The notes: generated by a model not told the origin, from the sequence alone. A DNA stretch of 64,000 bases from Minisyncoccia bacterium (GCA_044233485.1 JBIIJY010000004.1:16022-80021); one strand, 5' to 3'. Numbered from the stretch's first letter, positions 48,064 through 57,943 are shown. A program made the numbers and translations.

Positions 48064-49125
48064 ATGAATACACATACTGTTTTAATTACCGGAGCGGCGG
48101 GATATGTCGGAGCGATGCTTGTGCGTGACTATGCAAACCGAAGTGATGTTGCACGAGTGATCGGTCTTGATATGAAAGAGAAGCCAGATTTTCTAAATGG
48201 TATCTCGAAGCTTGAATGGATACAGTCAAATACTGCAGATAACAGTTGGCAGGAAAAAGCAAAGCAGTTCCAACCAGACATTGTGGTTCATACCGCGTGG
48301 CAGATTCGCGATCTGTACGGTAAAGAGAAAATGCAGCACGAGTGGAATATTGGGGGAAGTGATCAGGTATTTTCTTTTGTCTTTGGTACAGACTCTGTCA
48401 AACGTTTTATATATTTCTCTACGGTCTCTTCATACGCTGCCTATCCAGACAACGAGATTGACCGCTTATTTACCGAAGAGGATCAGTTTCGAGAAAGTGA
48501 CTATCGTTATGCAAAAGAAAAACGAACTGTCGAAGAGCGGCTCAAGCATGCCTACCTCATGGCTCGCTCAGAAGGTAAGTTGACTCCCCGAGTTTTTGTC
48601 CTACGCCCGGCAGCTATTACCGGTCCACGCGGGCGCTACATGCGAGTACGTTTTGGACTGCAATCTGCGCTCTCTGGTCAACTTACAAAAGGGTTTGTAC
48701 ATAGACTCGTCTCACTCCTTGTCTCATATGTACCGGCTACCGATAAGTGGTGTCGCCAATTTGTCCATGAGGATGATGTGGTAAATATTGTTACGCTTTG
48801 TGGTTTCGGTGACCATACTGGTGATTTCGAGATCTTCAACATGTGTCCTCCGGGTCCAGTGGTGAAGGCGGCAGACATGGCGCAAGCGGTGGGTAAGAAA
48901 ACAATTAAAATACATCCACAGATTATCCGTGTCGCATTCTTTGTACTCTGGCATTTGACTCGTGGCCGTGTGCCAACGTCTCGAGGAGGGTGGAAACAGT
49001 ATTCCTATCCGATAGCCGTTACGGGAAGTCGTATTACTCGAAAATATGGCTATACCTACCTCTATGAAAGCAAAAAAGCTTTCTCGGAAATCGTCGGTAC
49101 ATATGCCTCTTTCGTAAAAAAGTAG
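48064..49125 (+). CDS. NAD-dependent epimerase/dehydratase family protein
   Basis: It has the Rossmann motif VLITGAAGYVG and the SDR-extended layout. The ATG at 48064 is chosen. Confidence 0.75.
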   Translation: MNTHTVLITGAAGYVGAMLVRDYANRSDVARVIGLDMKEKPDFLNGISKLEWIQSNTADNSWQEKAKQFQPDIVVHTAWQIRDLYGKEKMQHEWNIGGSDQVFSFVFGTDSVKRFIYFSTVSSYAAYPDNEIDRLFTEEDQFRESDYRYAKEKRTVEERLKHAYLMARSEGKLTPRVFVLRPAAITGPRGRYMRVRFGLQSALSGQLTKGFVHRLVSLLVSYVPATDKWCRQFVHEDDVVNIVTLCGFGDHTGDFEIFNMCPPGPVVKAADMAQAVGKKTIKIHPQIIRVAFFVLWHLTRGRVPTSRGGWKQYSYPIAVTGSRITRKYGYTYLYESKKAFSEIVGTYASFVKK

Positions 49126-49151
49126 CCAATCCACTTACAGGTTACGGCATA

Positions 49152-49190
49152 AAACAGAGCCTCATTCAATTTCCAGGAGGCTCTGTTTTT
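49152..49190 (+). terminator. Rho-independent terminator
   Basis: An aaacagagcctc-(13-nt loop)-gaggctctgttttt hairpin. Confidence 0.6.
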
Positions 49191-49206
49191 GATACTATAT
49201 GAGACT

Positions 49207-50520
49207 ATGAGTCTTATTAAACGTCGAGTGCTTGCACTCATTATATTACTAGCGGCTGGGGCAGCGGTATGGGCAATCGTCCACACTGAACGAAGTGAAT
49301 CAGGTTCATTTAAGTTTAAACGCGGACTTGATTTGGTAAGTGGTGTGCATCTCGTGTATCGAGCTGATGTCTCAAAGCTCGATGAAAAAGAAGTTTCTGG
49401 CGCACTCACTTCACTTCGACAGGTGATCGACAGACGAATCAATGCTTTCGGAGTAACCGAGCCACTTATTCAGATTGAGAAAGGTGGTGTACTTGGCTCA
49501 GGTGAGGAACGGTTGATTATTGAACTTCCTGGATTTACTGATGTAGGCAGTGCAATTGAAAGTATCGGAAAGACTCCGACACTTGAGTTTTTGCTTGTTG
49601 AAGAAATCAGTACCTCAACCCAGGCGACTTCAACCAATCTCGTGCAGTATATTCCAACCGGCCTTACCGGTGCGCTCCTCAAGAGTGCTCGCGTTCAATT
49701 CGACCAGACTACACTCCCGGTGATTGGAATTACCTTTAATGAAGTGGGGGCGGCACTCTTTGCAAAGATCACTAAGGAAAATATCGGCAAACCACTCGCC
49801 ATCTTCCTTGATGGAGCGCCTATCTCAGCTCCAATTATTCAGTCAGAGATCACTGGTGGTGAGGCGGTAATCAATGGTCGTTTCAGTGTAAAAGAAGCGC
49901 GAGAGCTTGCTCGAAACCTCAATCTCGGTGCGCTACCAGTACCAATTGAACTAGTCTCAACCGAAACAATCGGAGCGAGTCTTGGAGCTGAGGCTCTGAA
50001 CTCAAGTATTCGTGCTGGTATCTGGGCACTTATTTTGGTAAGTCTCTTCTTAATCGTCTGGTATCGTCTGCCTGGAATTATTGCAGTACTTGCCTTGGTG
50101 TTCTGGATTATTCTCAACCTCCTTGCTTTCAAGCTCTTTAGTGTAACGTTGACTGCGGCTGGTATTGCAGGTTTCGTCTTGTCGATTGGTATGGCGGTGG
50201 ATGCAAACATCTTGATCTTCGAGCGTATGAAAGAGGAACGACGAAAAGGTAAGTCTGCCTCAGATGCGCTCAGTGAAGGTTTTGCACGAGCATGGCTCTC
50301 GATTCGCGACTCAAACATCTCAACACTCATCACTTGTGCGATTCTTTTCTTCTTTGCGTCAACTGCAATTGTTAAAGGATTTGCGCTCGTCTTGGCGATC
50401 GGCGTTGTGACCTCTCTCTTCACCGCGATCACCATATCTCGAACATTCCTCTATGCAATGGGGTTTACAAAAGAAAGTAAATTAAATTCATTTCTCTTGG
50501 GAAGTGGACTTAAAAACTAA
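49207..50520 (+). CDS. secD: Protein translocase subunit SecD
   Basis: LDLVSGVHLVY matches the GLDLkGG region. The periplasmic domain is present. The C-terminal 6-TM region has IGMAVDANILIFERMKEE. Confidence 0.88.
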   Translation: MSLIKRRVLALIILLAAGAAVWAIVHTERSESGSFKFKRGLDLVSGVHLVYRADVSKLDEKEVSGALTSLRQVIDRRINAFGVTEPLIQIEKGGVLGSGEERLIIELPGFTDVGSAIESIGKTPTLEFLLVEEISTSTQATSTNLVQYIPTGLTGALLKSARVQFDQTTLPVIGITFNEVGAALFAKITKENIGKPLAIFLDGAPISAPIIQSEITGGEAVINGRFSVKEARELARNLNLGALPVPIELVSTETIGASLGAEALNSSIRAGIWALILVSLFLIVWYRLPGIIAVLALVFWIILNLLAFKLFSVTLTAAGIAGFVLSIGMAVDANILIFERMKEERRKGKSASDALSEGFARAWLSIRDSNISTLITCAILFFFASTAIVKGFALVLAIGVVTSLFTAITISRTFLYAMGFTKESKLNSFLLGSGLKN

Positions 50521-50529
50521 TTCACCACT

Positions 50530-51432
50530 ATGTTTATCGTAACTTATCGAAAAATATTCTTCGCTATCGGAATCCTGCTCGTTGTGGCTTCTGGGGTGGC
50601 ACTCTCAATTTGGGGACTACGGCCAGGCCTTGATTTCACTGGAGGAACGCTTATTGAAGTGCAGTACCAGAAACTACCAGCACCGGAGGAAGTTACTCAG
50701 GCTCTTGATGCCACTGGGTATATGGGGGCAACGCTCAGAAAAGCAGGTGAAAGCAACTACATCATCCGACTCCCAGAGGTGAAGTCTGAAGATCGTACCA
50801 AGGTGCAGGAAGCTCTCGTGCTCGGTGAGGCAGGCGGCGTGGAAAAACGTTTTTCAACAGTTGGGCCGGTTCTTGGTCGGGAGGCAATCGCCAACTCAGC
50901 CTTCGCTCTAATTCTAGTTATCGTTGGAATTATCCTCTTTATCTGGCGAGCGTTTCGAAATATCACCGCACCGATTCCATCATGGAAATACGGTATCGTG
51001 GCGATCGTTGCTTTGATTCACGATGTGGTGATTCCGATGGGTGTATTTGCAGTACTTGGAGCCTTTGCCGGTGTTGAGGTTGACTCACTTTTCGTCACTG
51101 CACTCCTTGTGATTCTCGGATTCTCAATTCACGACACAATTGTGGTATTTGATCGAGTCCGTGAGAATCTCCACACTGCCACCGCACTTGAGAAGAAGGA
51201 TTTTGCTCAAATAGTCGGTAAAAGTATTAGTGAGACATTTGTTCGCTCAATCAATACTTCTTTGACCACGGTCTTTTCTATTGTCGCTCTCATGGTTTTT
51301 GGTCCTGAATCAGTGAGACTCTTTGCGATTGCTCTGCTTATCGGTATCAGCTTCGGTACCTATTCTTCAATCTTCATTGCTTCACCTCTTTTGGTGACAA
51401 TCGACGCGTTCCAGAATCGAGCAAGGAAATAG
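50530..51432 (+). CDS. secF: Protein translocase subunit SecF
   Basis: GLDFTGGTLIEVQY is present, with a 6-TM C-terminal domain. Confidence 0.88.
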   Translation: MFIVTYRKIFFAIGILLVVASGVALSIWGLRPGLDFTGGTLIEVQYQKLPAPEEVTQALDATGYMGATLRKAGESNYIIRLPEVKSEDRTKVQEALVLGEAGGVEKRFSTVGPVLGREAIANSAFALILVIVGIILFIWRAFRNITAPIPSWKYGIVAIVALIHDVVIPMGVFAVLGAFAGVEVDSLFVTALLVILGFSIHDTIVVFDRVRENLHTATALEKKDFAQIVGKSISETFVRSINTSLTTVFSIVALMVFGPESVRLFAIALLIGISFGTYSSIFIASPLLVTIDAFQNRARK

Positions 51433-51456
51433 TTTGCTGTCTGATATACTCAGAAT

Positions 51457-51861
51457 ATGATTATTGAATTTCATCTTGAGAATATCATTGCTGTCTTTGT
51501 GAGTTCAGTGCTCGCAACTGTATTCCAGTGGTTGTGGTTTGGTTGGCTATCTTCAAAATGGCATCTCAATGAAGGAGTGCATAGTTCGGTGCGTGCGGTT
51601 GTTGAGAAAAAGCTCGTGGTCTTGTTTATGCTCAACTACGTAGTGGGGTACGCTCTCACGTATGCAGCCGGCTACTTCTATGCTCATTCAGTCGACTCAA
51701 TGTTTCTCGTCGGTTTGCGCTTCATCGCCGGCTTTGTTCTGCCGTTTTCACTTATCAATATGGTTTTGGCGCAGCGTAAATTACCTTCAGTACTTGTCGG
51801 CTTTGGATGTTACGCAATTACCATCATGATCCATAGCTTCTTTATTGCGCTGATTCGATAA
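51457..51861 (+). CDS. Hypothetical four-TM membrane protein
   Basis: A hydrophobic ORF with no recognised family. Confidence 0.4.
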   Translation: MIIEFHLENIIAVFVSSVLATVFQWLWFGWLSSKWHLNEGVHSSVRAVVEKKLVVLFMLNYVVGYALTYAAGYFYAHSVDSMFLVGLRFIAGFVLPFSLINMVLAQRKLPSVLVGFGCYAITIMIHSFFIALIR

Positions 51862-51870
51862 CATATTGGT

Positions 51871-53253
51871 ATGAGTCGATTACGAAATAATTCTCCCTGG
51901 ATTGCCGAACTAACTACAGACCGCGAGATCCGATCCCTTACGCAAGACAAACAGACACAGAGTGTAGTTGTCGGGGCGGGCATTGCTGGTGTCGCTACGG
52001 CATACCATCTTCTGAGAGATACTGATGAACAGGTTGTCTTGGTCGAGAAAGGGAGACTTGCTAGTGGGGCGACAGGGCACAATGCAGGGCAAATGGTGGC
52101 CCACTTTGAACGAACCTTCGAAGAGTTATCAAACGAATTCTCGCTTGAGGCGATGGTTGATGCGCAGAAAAGTATCGAACATGGCTGGGAAATTTTCGAT
52201 CGGATGTACCGAGAGTGTGGTTTGAAAATACCATTTCATACATTTGATGGACATATTGGTTATTCGCGAATTGATCAGCTTGTTCTCGATTTGAAAGATA
52301 GTCGACTCAAAAAAAGAGGTGGACTTAGTCCGTACCCAGTACGGGTCAGTGAGACGGTAGCTGAAGATCCTCGACTACAGGAGTTTGTTGATCTTTTCGA
52401 GATAGTGCCTCATGCTGAAGTGCTCAAGTTACTTGAGACAGAGTGCCAGGATTTTATTGCGGTAGAGACGGATCCTCGCGGAGTGATCAACTCAGCACTA
52501 CTTTGCGAGAAAGTGATCGAGTATCTCTTGGTGACATATGCAGACCGTTTTTCTTTCTATGAGAATACGGATATCAAAAAAGTCGTCCTTCATCACGACC
52601 AGGTGTTACTCGATGCAGAGAAAGCGACCCTACGTGCAGGACGGGTTGTTTTGTGTACGAATGGTTTCGAGCATTTAAAAATCTTTGATGAGAGTGGTTT
52701 GGGTATTGATACAAAATTTCATCACGATATACAAGGAACGATCGGGTATATGTCTGCCTATCTGGAAACGCATGACAAGCCGCCAAGTGCGAATTCATAC
52801 TTTACCAAAGAACCTCCTCGGCCTGGTCAGGACACTATCGAGCCGTATTATTACCTCACACGACGTCCCTACGACTACGGTACAGGAGCTGAGCGTAAAG
52901 CACATAACTTGATTTCGATTGGTGGTCCAGAGCGAAACCTCGAAGATCGTAAAGAGTACATTGCAGAGTATGAGTACCCAGAACAGTATGCCCAGCAGAT
53001 CGACACTTTTATCAAAAAAGTCTACGAGACAGATCCGGGCAAGCATATTGATTATATCTTTACCTGGCATGGCCTCATGGGATATACACGAACAAAAGTC
53101 CGAATCATCGGTCATGAGCCAAAGAATCCACGTCTAATGTATAATGTGGGTTGTAATGGTATTGGGATACTGCCTTCACTCTATGGTGCTTGGAAAATTG
53201 GCCAGCTCTGTAAAGGTGTCTCGTTCAAACCACAAGTTTTTGATCCGCAATGA
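51871..53253 (+). CDS. FAD-dependent oxidoreductase (DAO family)
   Basis: It has the N-terminal dinucleotide-binding motif VVVGAGIAGVATAYHL...EKGRLASGATGHNAG. Confidence 0.75.
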   Translation: MSRLRNNSPWIAELTTDREIRSLTQDKQTQSVVVGAGIAGVATAYHLLRDTDEQVVLVEKGRLASGATGHNAGQMVAHFERTFEELSNEFSLEAMVDAQKSIEHGWEIFDRMYRECGLKIPFHTFDGHIGYSRIDQLVLDLKDSRLKKRGGLSPYPVRVSETVAEDPRLQEFVDLFEIVPHAEVLKLLETECQDFIAVETDPRGVINSALLCEKVIEYLLVTYADRFSFYENTDIKKVVLHHDQVLLDAEKATLRAGRVVLCTNGFEHLKIFDESGLGIDTKFHHDIQGTIGYMSAYLETHDKPPSANSYFTKEPPRPGQDTIEPYYYLTRRPYDYGTGAERKAHNLISIGGPERNLEDRKEYIAEYEYPEQYAQQIDTFIKKVYETDPGKHIDYIFTWHGLMGYTRTKVRIIGHEPKNPRLMYNVGCNGIGILPSLYGAWKIGQLCKGVSFKPQVFDPQ

Positions 53254-53837
53254 TAATCACCTCAATTGATCGTGCCATAAGTCAGTGGATAAGTGCACTT
53301 GAATACACTCCGGCTACTACAACGCTCATAGTTAGCTGTGCCGAATTCACGGTGTATGTGGTGATGATCGGTTTTCTTGTATACCTTTTTAATAAAAAAC
53401 GATTACCGCGAGAATCAATGTTTGCCCTCTGGGTACTTGTTGGGGCGTTCGTAATACGACAAGTAGTTAAGAGTCTTGCCGCAATCTATTTTTTGAGAGA
53501 CCGTCCATTTAAATATTTCACTACTACACCGCTTGTCGAAGTGCCAGGTGCTGAGGTTGCTCTTTCTTTCCCGTCTGGACATACGCTTTTTTTGGCAGCG
53601 ATCGCCGGAGCTATTTTTTATAAGTCGCGCCGTCTCGGTTGGTTACTTCTGGCGGTTACGCTGATTACAGGGGTCGCTCGAGTATTTGCTCGAGTGCATT
53701 GGCCGTCTGACATTGTGGGAGGATTAGTAATTGGCTTTGCTGGTGGATATCTCTCGAGTTTCCTCTTTGGTGTCATCCGTGCGCGGCACGCACAATATGT
53801 TCATGAAAAGAATGCTCGCCGGGATAATTTAAAATAA
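53250..53837 (+). CDS. PAP2-family phosphatase (undecaprenyl-diphosphatase / phosphatidic acid phosphatase type 2)
   Basis: The three PAP2 motifs are present: LRDRPF, SFPSGHT and ARVHWPSD. Confidence 0.8.
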   Translation: MIITSIDRAISQWISALEYTPATTTLIVSCAEFTVYVVMIGFLVYLFNKKRLPRESMFALWVLVGAFVIRQVVKSLAAIYFLRDRPFKYFTTTPLVEVPGAEVALSFPSGHTLFLAAIAGAIFYKSRRLGWLLLAVTLITGVARVFARVHWPSDIVGGLVIGFAGGYLSSFLFGVIRARHAQYVHEKNARRDNLK

Positions 53838-54461
53838 CAGAGTAGGGTCGATTTCCACTGCTTGTTTTCCTTCCACAAACTTGATTGCGCCGATTTGAGA
53901 TCGAACTATCTTGGTAGGGGTGAGTCGGACGCGCTCAAGTAGCTCACGAATTCGTGAAGATTCGAAAAAAGGAATTTTGATTCGTAGTTCGTGTGCGTCG
54001 AGTCGTTTTGCTTCAAGTGCGACCACTTCGCCCCGTCGTCCACTGGAGCATGCTTCTTCGATCTGGGCTGGGACAATTGATTCTTGAGTGAACACGGTAA
54101 AAGTCGCCACGCAGTCACCACCTGACTGTAGCGCCTTCTTAAGCCGAGAATCATTGGTGTACAACAGGATACCGGAGCTAGTCTTAGGGAGTTCATCGAC
54201 GAAGAAATGTCCTCCGAGTGGTTTCTGGCTCACTGTCTTGAGGCTCTCGGTGTCAGATTTTTTATGTACTGCGTATGTAGTGAGGGCTCGTTTTGCGGAG
54301 TCGCGCACCTCAACTTTATCTTTGAGAGGGTCAACTTTTACACCAAATTCACGGACCTGAACTCCGTTAAGGTATACGAGTCCTTGTGCAATAAAACGCT
54401 CGGCTTCACGTCGTGAGCAGATGCCTTGTTCTGAGAGGTGTTTTTGAATTCGTATTTCCAT
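53829..54461 (-). CDS. RsuA/RluB-family pseudouridine synthase with N-terminal S4 domain
   Basis: It has the S4 motif IQKHLSEQGICSRREAERFIAQGLVYLNG and a catalytic-core-like SGILLYTNDSRL. Confidence 0.7.
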   Translation of the reverse strand: MEIRIQKHLSEQGICSRREAERFIAQGLVYLNGVQVREFGVKVDPLKDKVEVRDSAKRALTTYAVHKKSDTESLKTVSQKPLGGHFFVDELPKTSSGILLYTNDSRLKKALQSGGDCVATFTVFTQESIVPAQIEEACSSGRRGEVVALEAKRLDAHELRIKIPFFESSRIRELLERVRLTPTKIVRSQIGAIKFVEGKQAVEIDPTLLF

Positions 54462-54533
54462 AGAGTGCCTTTCGTGTTGTGTAGTATAGCATTATTTACC
54501 AACTTATGCTCAGTTTGCTACTATTAGTCGTAT

Positions 54534-54926
54534 ATGAAAAATTGGACACTCTGGATCGTAGGGGGATTACTTATTGTTGGTGCAATTGGTGGAATTGTTG
54601 GATTTGAGATGTGGAAATATAAGCAGTCACAAAAACCTGGTCCGCTTGATAGCTTTGCAACTTGTATTAAAGATTCCGGAGCAATTTTTTACGGAGCATA
54701 TTGGTGTCAGCACTGTCAGAATCAGAAGAAGATGTTTGGAACATCTGCTCGGCTATTACCATATCACGAGTGCGCCAAGGGCGGGGATCTCGGTAAGCGG
54801 TGTGAAGAAGTAAAAATTGAAGGATACCCAACATGGGTTTTTGCTGACGGCTCTCGACTCTCTGGTGAAGTTCCTCTAGCAAATCTCGCTTCCTCAACTC
54901 AGTGTAGTTTGCCTCAAACTCCATAA
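54534..54926 (+). CDS. Membrane-anchored thioredoxin-fold thiol-disulfide oxidoreductase (CQHC active site; resembles the Trx-like domain associated with VKOR/DsbB systems)
   Basis: It has an N-terminal TM and then FYGAYWCQHCQNQKKMFG...YHEC..G....C..V.IEGYPTWVF. Confidence 0.7.
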   Translation: MKNWTLWIVGGLLIVGAIGGIVGFEMWKYKQSQKPGPLDSFATCIKDSGAIFYGAYWCQHCQNQKKMFGTSARLLPYHECAKGGDLGKRCEEVKIEGYPTWVFADGSRLSGEVPLANLASSTQCSLPQTP

Positions 54927-54928
54927 TT

Positions 54929-55498
54929 ATGACAATCGACCTTCTGAAAAATATCCTCGATACCTTTTTCGGAATCGGAGCGCTGCTCTTAATTCTCGTG
55001 TCGCTTTTAGCGCTCGTTGTCCTGATTAAAAAACCAAATTCGTTTTCAAAGGTGATTGATCATGTGACTCAGTTTGCACCTGTATACGGAATTATTTTCG
55101 TTATGCTGGCTTTCATTGGCCCACTGACATATTCAGAGATTATTCAGTACACTCCATGTAAACTCTGCTGGTTCCAGAGAATCGCCATGTTCCCACAACT
55201 CGTGATTTTGGCAGTCGCTCTCTGGTATTCTGATAAAAATTATTGGAGATACACGTTGATACTTTCGAGTATCGGTCTGTGTTTCTCACTCTTCCATTAT
55301 GGACTCCAGATGGGACTCCCGATCACTACAGAGTGCGCTACGGTCGGTCAGGCAGCTAGTTGTGCCTCACTGTACGTAAATACTTTTGATTTTGTAACGA
55401 TGCCACTAATGGCGGCAAGTGTGTTTGTGGCTCAGATAGTTCTTTCATTGTACGCTCGACGTGGTTCGCGTGGACAGGCTTCCTATGACGCCAACTAG
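54929..55498 (+). CDS. dsbB: Disulfide bond formation protein B (DsbB/BdbC-like)
   Basis: It has a 4-TM topology. The first loop carries CKLCWFQR, which is Cys-x-x-Cys-x3-Arg as in E. coli DsbB C41/C44/R48. The second loop carries the Cys pair ECATVGQAASC. Confidence 0.75.
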   Translation: MTIDLLKNILDTFFGIGALLLILVSLLALVVLIKKPNSFSKVIDHVTQFAPVYGIIFVMLAFIGPLTYSEIIQYTPCKLCWFQRIAMFPQLVILAVALWYSDKNYWRYTLILSSIGLCFSLFHYGLQMGLPITTECATVGQAASCASLYVNTFDFVTMPLMAASVFVAQIVLSLYARRGSRGQASYDAN

Positions 55499-56234
55499 GT
55501 TTGCTGTGATTGTCGGATGTCTCCTCCTCCTCGGCTGGGCTCTTTGGTTTGGCCTTCGAATTACCGACACTGGTCGCAGTGTGCGGGCTTTTGATTTTGA
55601 GACCTGTGAGCGACTCGGTGGCGCAGTGGAAGGTGAAGTAAATCAGGTGTGTCTCTACGGCAGTGATTCATTTGAAGAACCACAGGCGCGTAAATCCATG
55701 GATCGACTCATCCAGCTCCAATCGCCATCCAAAGATGCGGTAAGTAAGAGTCCACTTGTGGTCTCAGGAAGTGCTCGTCGTGAGTTCATCGATGGTGGGC
55801 GTATTCAGCTCGAGCTGTATGATTCGGAAAAAGCTCTCATCGCCACAGGTACTGCTCGTTTCGTTCAGGCAACAACCTCGCCACTTCTTGATTGGAATGA
55901 TTTTCGGACACGACTTTTCTTTGAAACCACTCAAGCAACAGGAACTCTGGTGATGCGGGGTGCGCAGGTTGAAAATTTCTCAACTCGGGCAGAGTACCCG
56001 ATTCGTTTTACTCCGCTCCGTGCAACACAAGCTAAAGTGCAATCTGGAATGTGCGTTCGCGCTGGCTGTGGCGGTGAGCTCTGTGTACGAGCTGAATCAC
56101 AAGCCGAAGCGACTCAATGTACGACTCAGGTAGAGAATAAATGCCTTGAAAATACTACCTGTAGAATGCAGGAAAATGGGGAGTGTGGCTGGTCAAAAAC
56201 ACCCGGAATCGGGCAATGTAAAAGTGCCCAGTAG
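55485..56234 (+). CDS. Exported protein with C-terminal cysteine-rich domain (10 Cys in the last ~80 aa)
   Basis: It has an N-terminal signal/anchor MTPTRFAVIVGCLLLLGWALWFG. The C-terminus reads CVRAGCGGELCVRAESQAEATQCTTQVENKCLENTTCRMQENGECGWSKTPGIGQC. It overlaps the dsbB stop by 14 nt. Confidence 0.55.
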   Translation: MTPTRFAVIVGCLLLLGWALWFGLRITDTGRSVRAFDFETCERLGGAVEGEVNQVCLYGSDSFEEPQARKSMDRLIQLQSPSKDAVSKSPLVVSGSARREFIDGGRIQLELYDSEKALIATGTARFVQATTSPLLDWNDFRTRLFFETTQATGTLVMRGAQVENFSTRAEYPIRFTPLRATQAKVQSGMCVRAGCGGELCVRAESQAEATQCTTQVENKCLENTTCRMQENGECGWSKTPGIGQCKSAQ

Positions 56235-56251
56235 TATGCTACTATAGGGGT

Positions 56252-56596
56252 ATGGAAACTCTTGTAAAAGCAGATATATTCTTTTTCATTACAACCATAG
56301 CTGTTATTTTCGTCACTGTCGTGTTCGGAATAATAGCCTTCTACGTGGTAATGTTCTTGCGAAATGCTCGCGAGATTTCAGAAGAATTTAAACTTGAAGC
56401 AAAAGAAGTCGTGCGAGACATTCGCTTACTCCGGGGTAATCTTAAAGATGAAGGGTTGCGCTGGAAGCATGTGCTCGGATTTCTTCGAAATATTGTAGTT
56501 AAAGATACCGAAGAAGAGAAAGCTCCAAAAAAAGTTTCAGTTCGAAAAGTGGTGCGGAAAGAAAAAGAAGCCTCATCAGAAACTGTAGTAAACTAA
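56252..56596 (+). CDS. Small membrane-anchored protein (DUF948/YoxC-like architecture)
   Basis: An N-terminal TM followed by a charged helical region. Confidence 0.4.
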   Translation: METLVKADIFFFITTIAVIFVTVVFGIIAFYVVMFLRNAREISEEFKLEAKEVVRDIRLLRGNLKDEGLRWKHVLGFLRNIVVKDTEEEKAPKKVSVRKVVRKEKEASSETVVN

Positions 56597-56600
56597 TACT

Positions 56601-56942
56601 ATGTCACACAAACCAACACAAACTCATACAGGTCGTAAAGTAGGTCTCGGGCTCGGGATCATCGGAGCACTTGGTGCTCTCGGTGCCTATGCTCTTTACG
56701 GGGCAAAGAATGCCACTTCAAATCGGCGTAAAGCAAAACTATGGATGTTCAAGGCAAAGGCCGAGGTATTGGCTCGTGTGTCTAAGCTTAGCGACGCGAG
56801 TGAAGAATCATACGCTCAAGTAGTAAAAGAGGTACTTGCGAAATATAAGCACGCAAAAAAGATTATTCCTGATGAGATGGCGGAGTTTGAATCTTTTATC
56901 GGCGACTATGTTAAGAAGCTTCTCAAGACAAAGAAGCGTTAA
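56601..56942 (+). CDS. YtxH-like protein
   Basis: The Gly-rich amphipathic N-terminus GLGLGIIGALGALGAYALYGAKNA and a charged helical tail are typical of YtxH/DUF948. Confidence 0.45.
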   Translation: MSHKPTQTHTGRKVGLGLGIIGALGALGAYALYGAKNATSNRRKAKLWMFKAKAEVLARVSKLSDASEESYAQVVKEVLAKYKHAKKIIPDEMAEFESFIGDYVKKLLKTKKR

Positions 56943-56945
56943 TCT

Positions 56946-57695
56946 ATGAGTGAGACTTCGTGGGGTTCAGTTGCGAATTGGTATAAAGAATTATTGGCGA
57001 CTGATGCTGATAGTTATCAGTTAAAAGTTATTCAGCCAAATCTGATTCGCCTTTTGAAGCCTACAGCCACTGACCGTATTCTCGATCTTGCTTGCGGTGA
57101 AGGTTTTTTTACTCGAAGTTTTGCCGCTAGTGGTGCGAGTATGGTTGGGGTTGATATTTCAAAGGAACTCATTTCGTTGGCACGCGAGGCCGACTCTCGA
57201 AGTGAGTATATTGTTTCTAATGCCGAACATCTTCCGATGCTTAAGGCTGGTAATTTTAATCTGGTCTACAGTGTGCTCGCGATTCAAAACATTGAGCACT
57301 TTTCTCGCGTTTGTCTTGAAGTGTCACGAGTCCTGGATGAATCTGGTCGTTTTGCGTTCGTGTTGAATCACCCGGTGTTACGAAATGCCCGTGAGACTGA
57401 ATGGGTGTTCGACGCAGAGCGAGGTATTCAGTATCGACGACTCAATTCATACATGAGTGAGACTCGCACGGAGATTGCTATGAATCCGAGTCAGAGTAAT
57501 TCATCAAAGACCGTCTCATTTCATCGACCCTTACAGTTTTATGTAAAAACACTTGCCAGTGCCGGTTTTGTTATCACTCGGATCGAAGAGTGGATCTCGC
57601 ATAAAGAAAGCCAATCAGGTCCGCGAAAGTTGGCTGAAGATCGGGCTCGAAAAGAGTTCCCAATGTTTATGTATATCGAAGCACAGAAAAGATAA
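56946..57695 (+). CDS. Class I SAM-dependent methyltransferase
   Basis: Motif I ILDLACGEGFFT is present, with an acidic post-I residue (VGVDIS). Confidence 0.8.
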   Translation: MSETSWGSVANWYKELLATDADSYQLKVIQPNLIRLLKPTATDRILDLACGEGFFTRSFAASGASMVGVDISKELISLAREADSRSEYIVSNAEHLPMLKAGNFNLVYSVLAIQNIEHFSRVCLEVSRVLDESGRFAFVLNHPVLRNARETEWVFDAERGIQYRRLNSYMSETRTEIAMNPSQSNSSKTVSFHRPLQFYVKTLASAGFVITRIEEWISHKESQSGPRKLAEDRARKEFPMFMYIEAQKR

Positions 57696-57943
57696 TGAAA
57701 TTAATTGTGTATACAAAGAGAGGGTGTCCGTGGTGTGAAGAAGTACTTTCTTTTTTGAGAGGCGAAAAAATTAGTTTTGAGGAGCGGGAAGTGAGGGCAA
57801 ACGCGGGGTATTTTCAAGAACTTGAAACGAAAAGTCATCAAAATAAGACTCCGACATTTGATATTGATGGCGAGATTTTTGCCGACTCAAGTAAGGCTGA
57901 AATTATTCCTGTATTAATCCAGAAAGGTATACTGGTGAAATGA
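57695..57943 (+). CDS. Glutaredoxin-like protein (CPWC active site)
   Basis: IVYTKRGCPWCEEV...TPTFDIDGE shows the glutaredoxin/NrdH fold. Confidence 0.75.
   Translation: MKLIVYTKRGCPWCEEVLSFLRGEKISFEEREVRANAGYFQELETKSHQNKTPTFDIDGEIFADSSKAEIIPVLIQKGILVK

Noticed and set aside
49839-50435. 198-aa minus-strand ORF antisense to secD
   Set aside because: It overlaps the conserved SecD C-terminal TM domain on the other strand.
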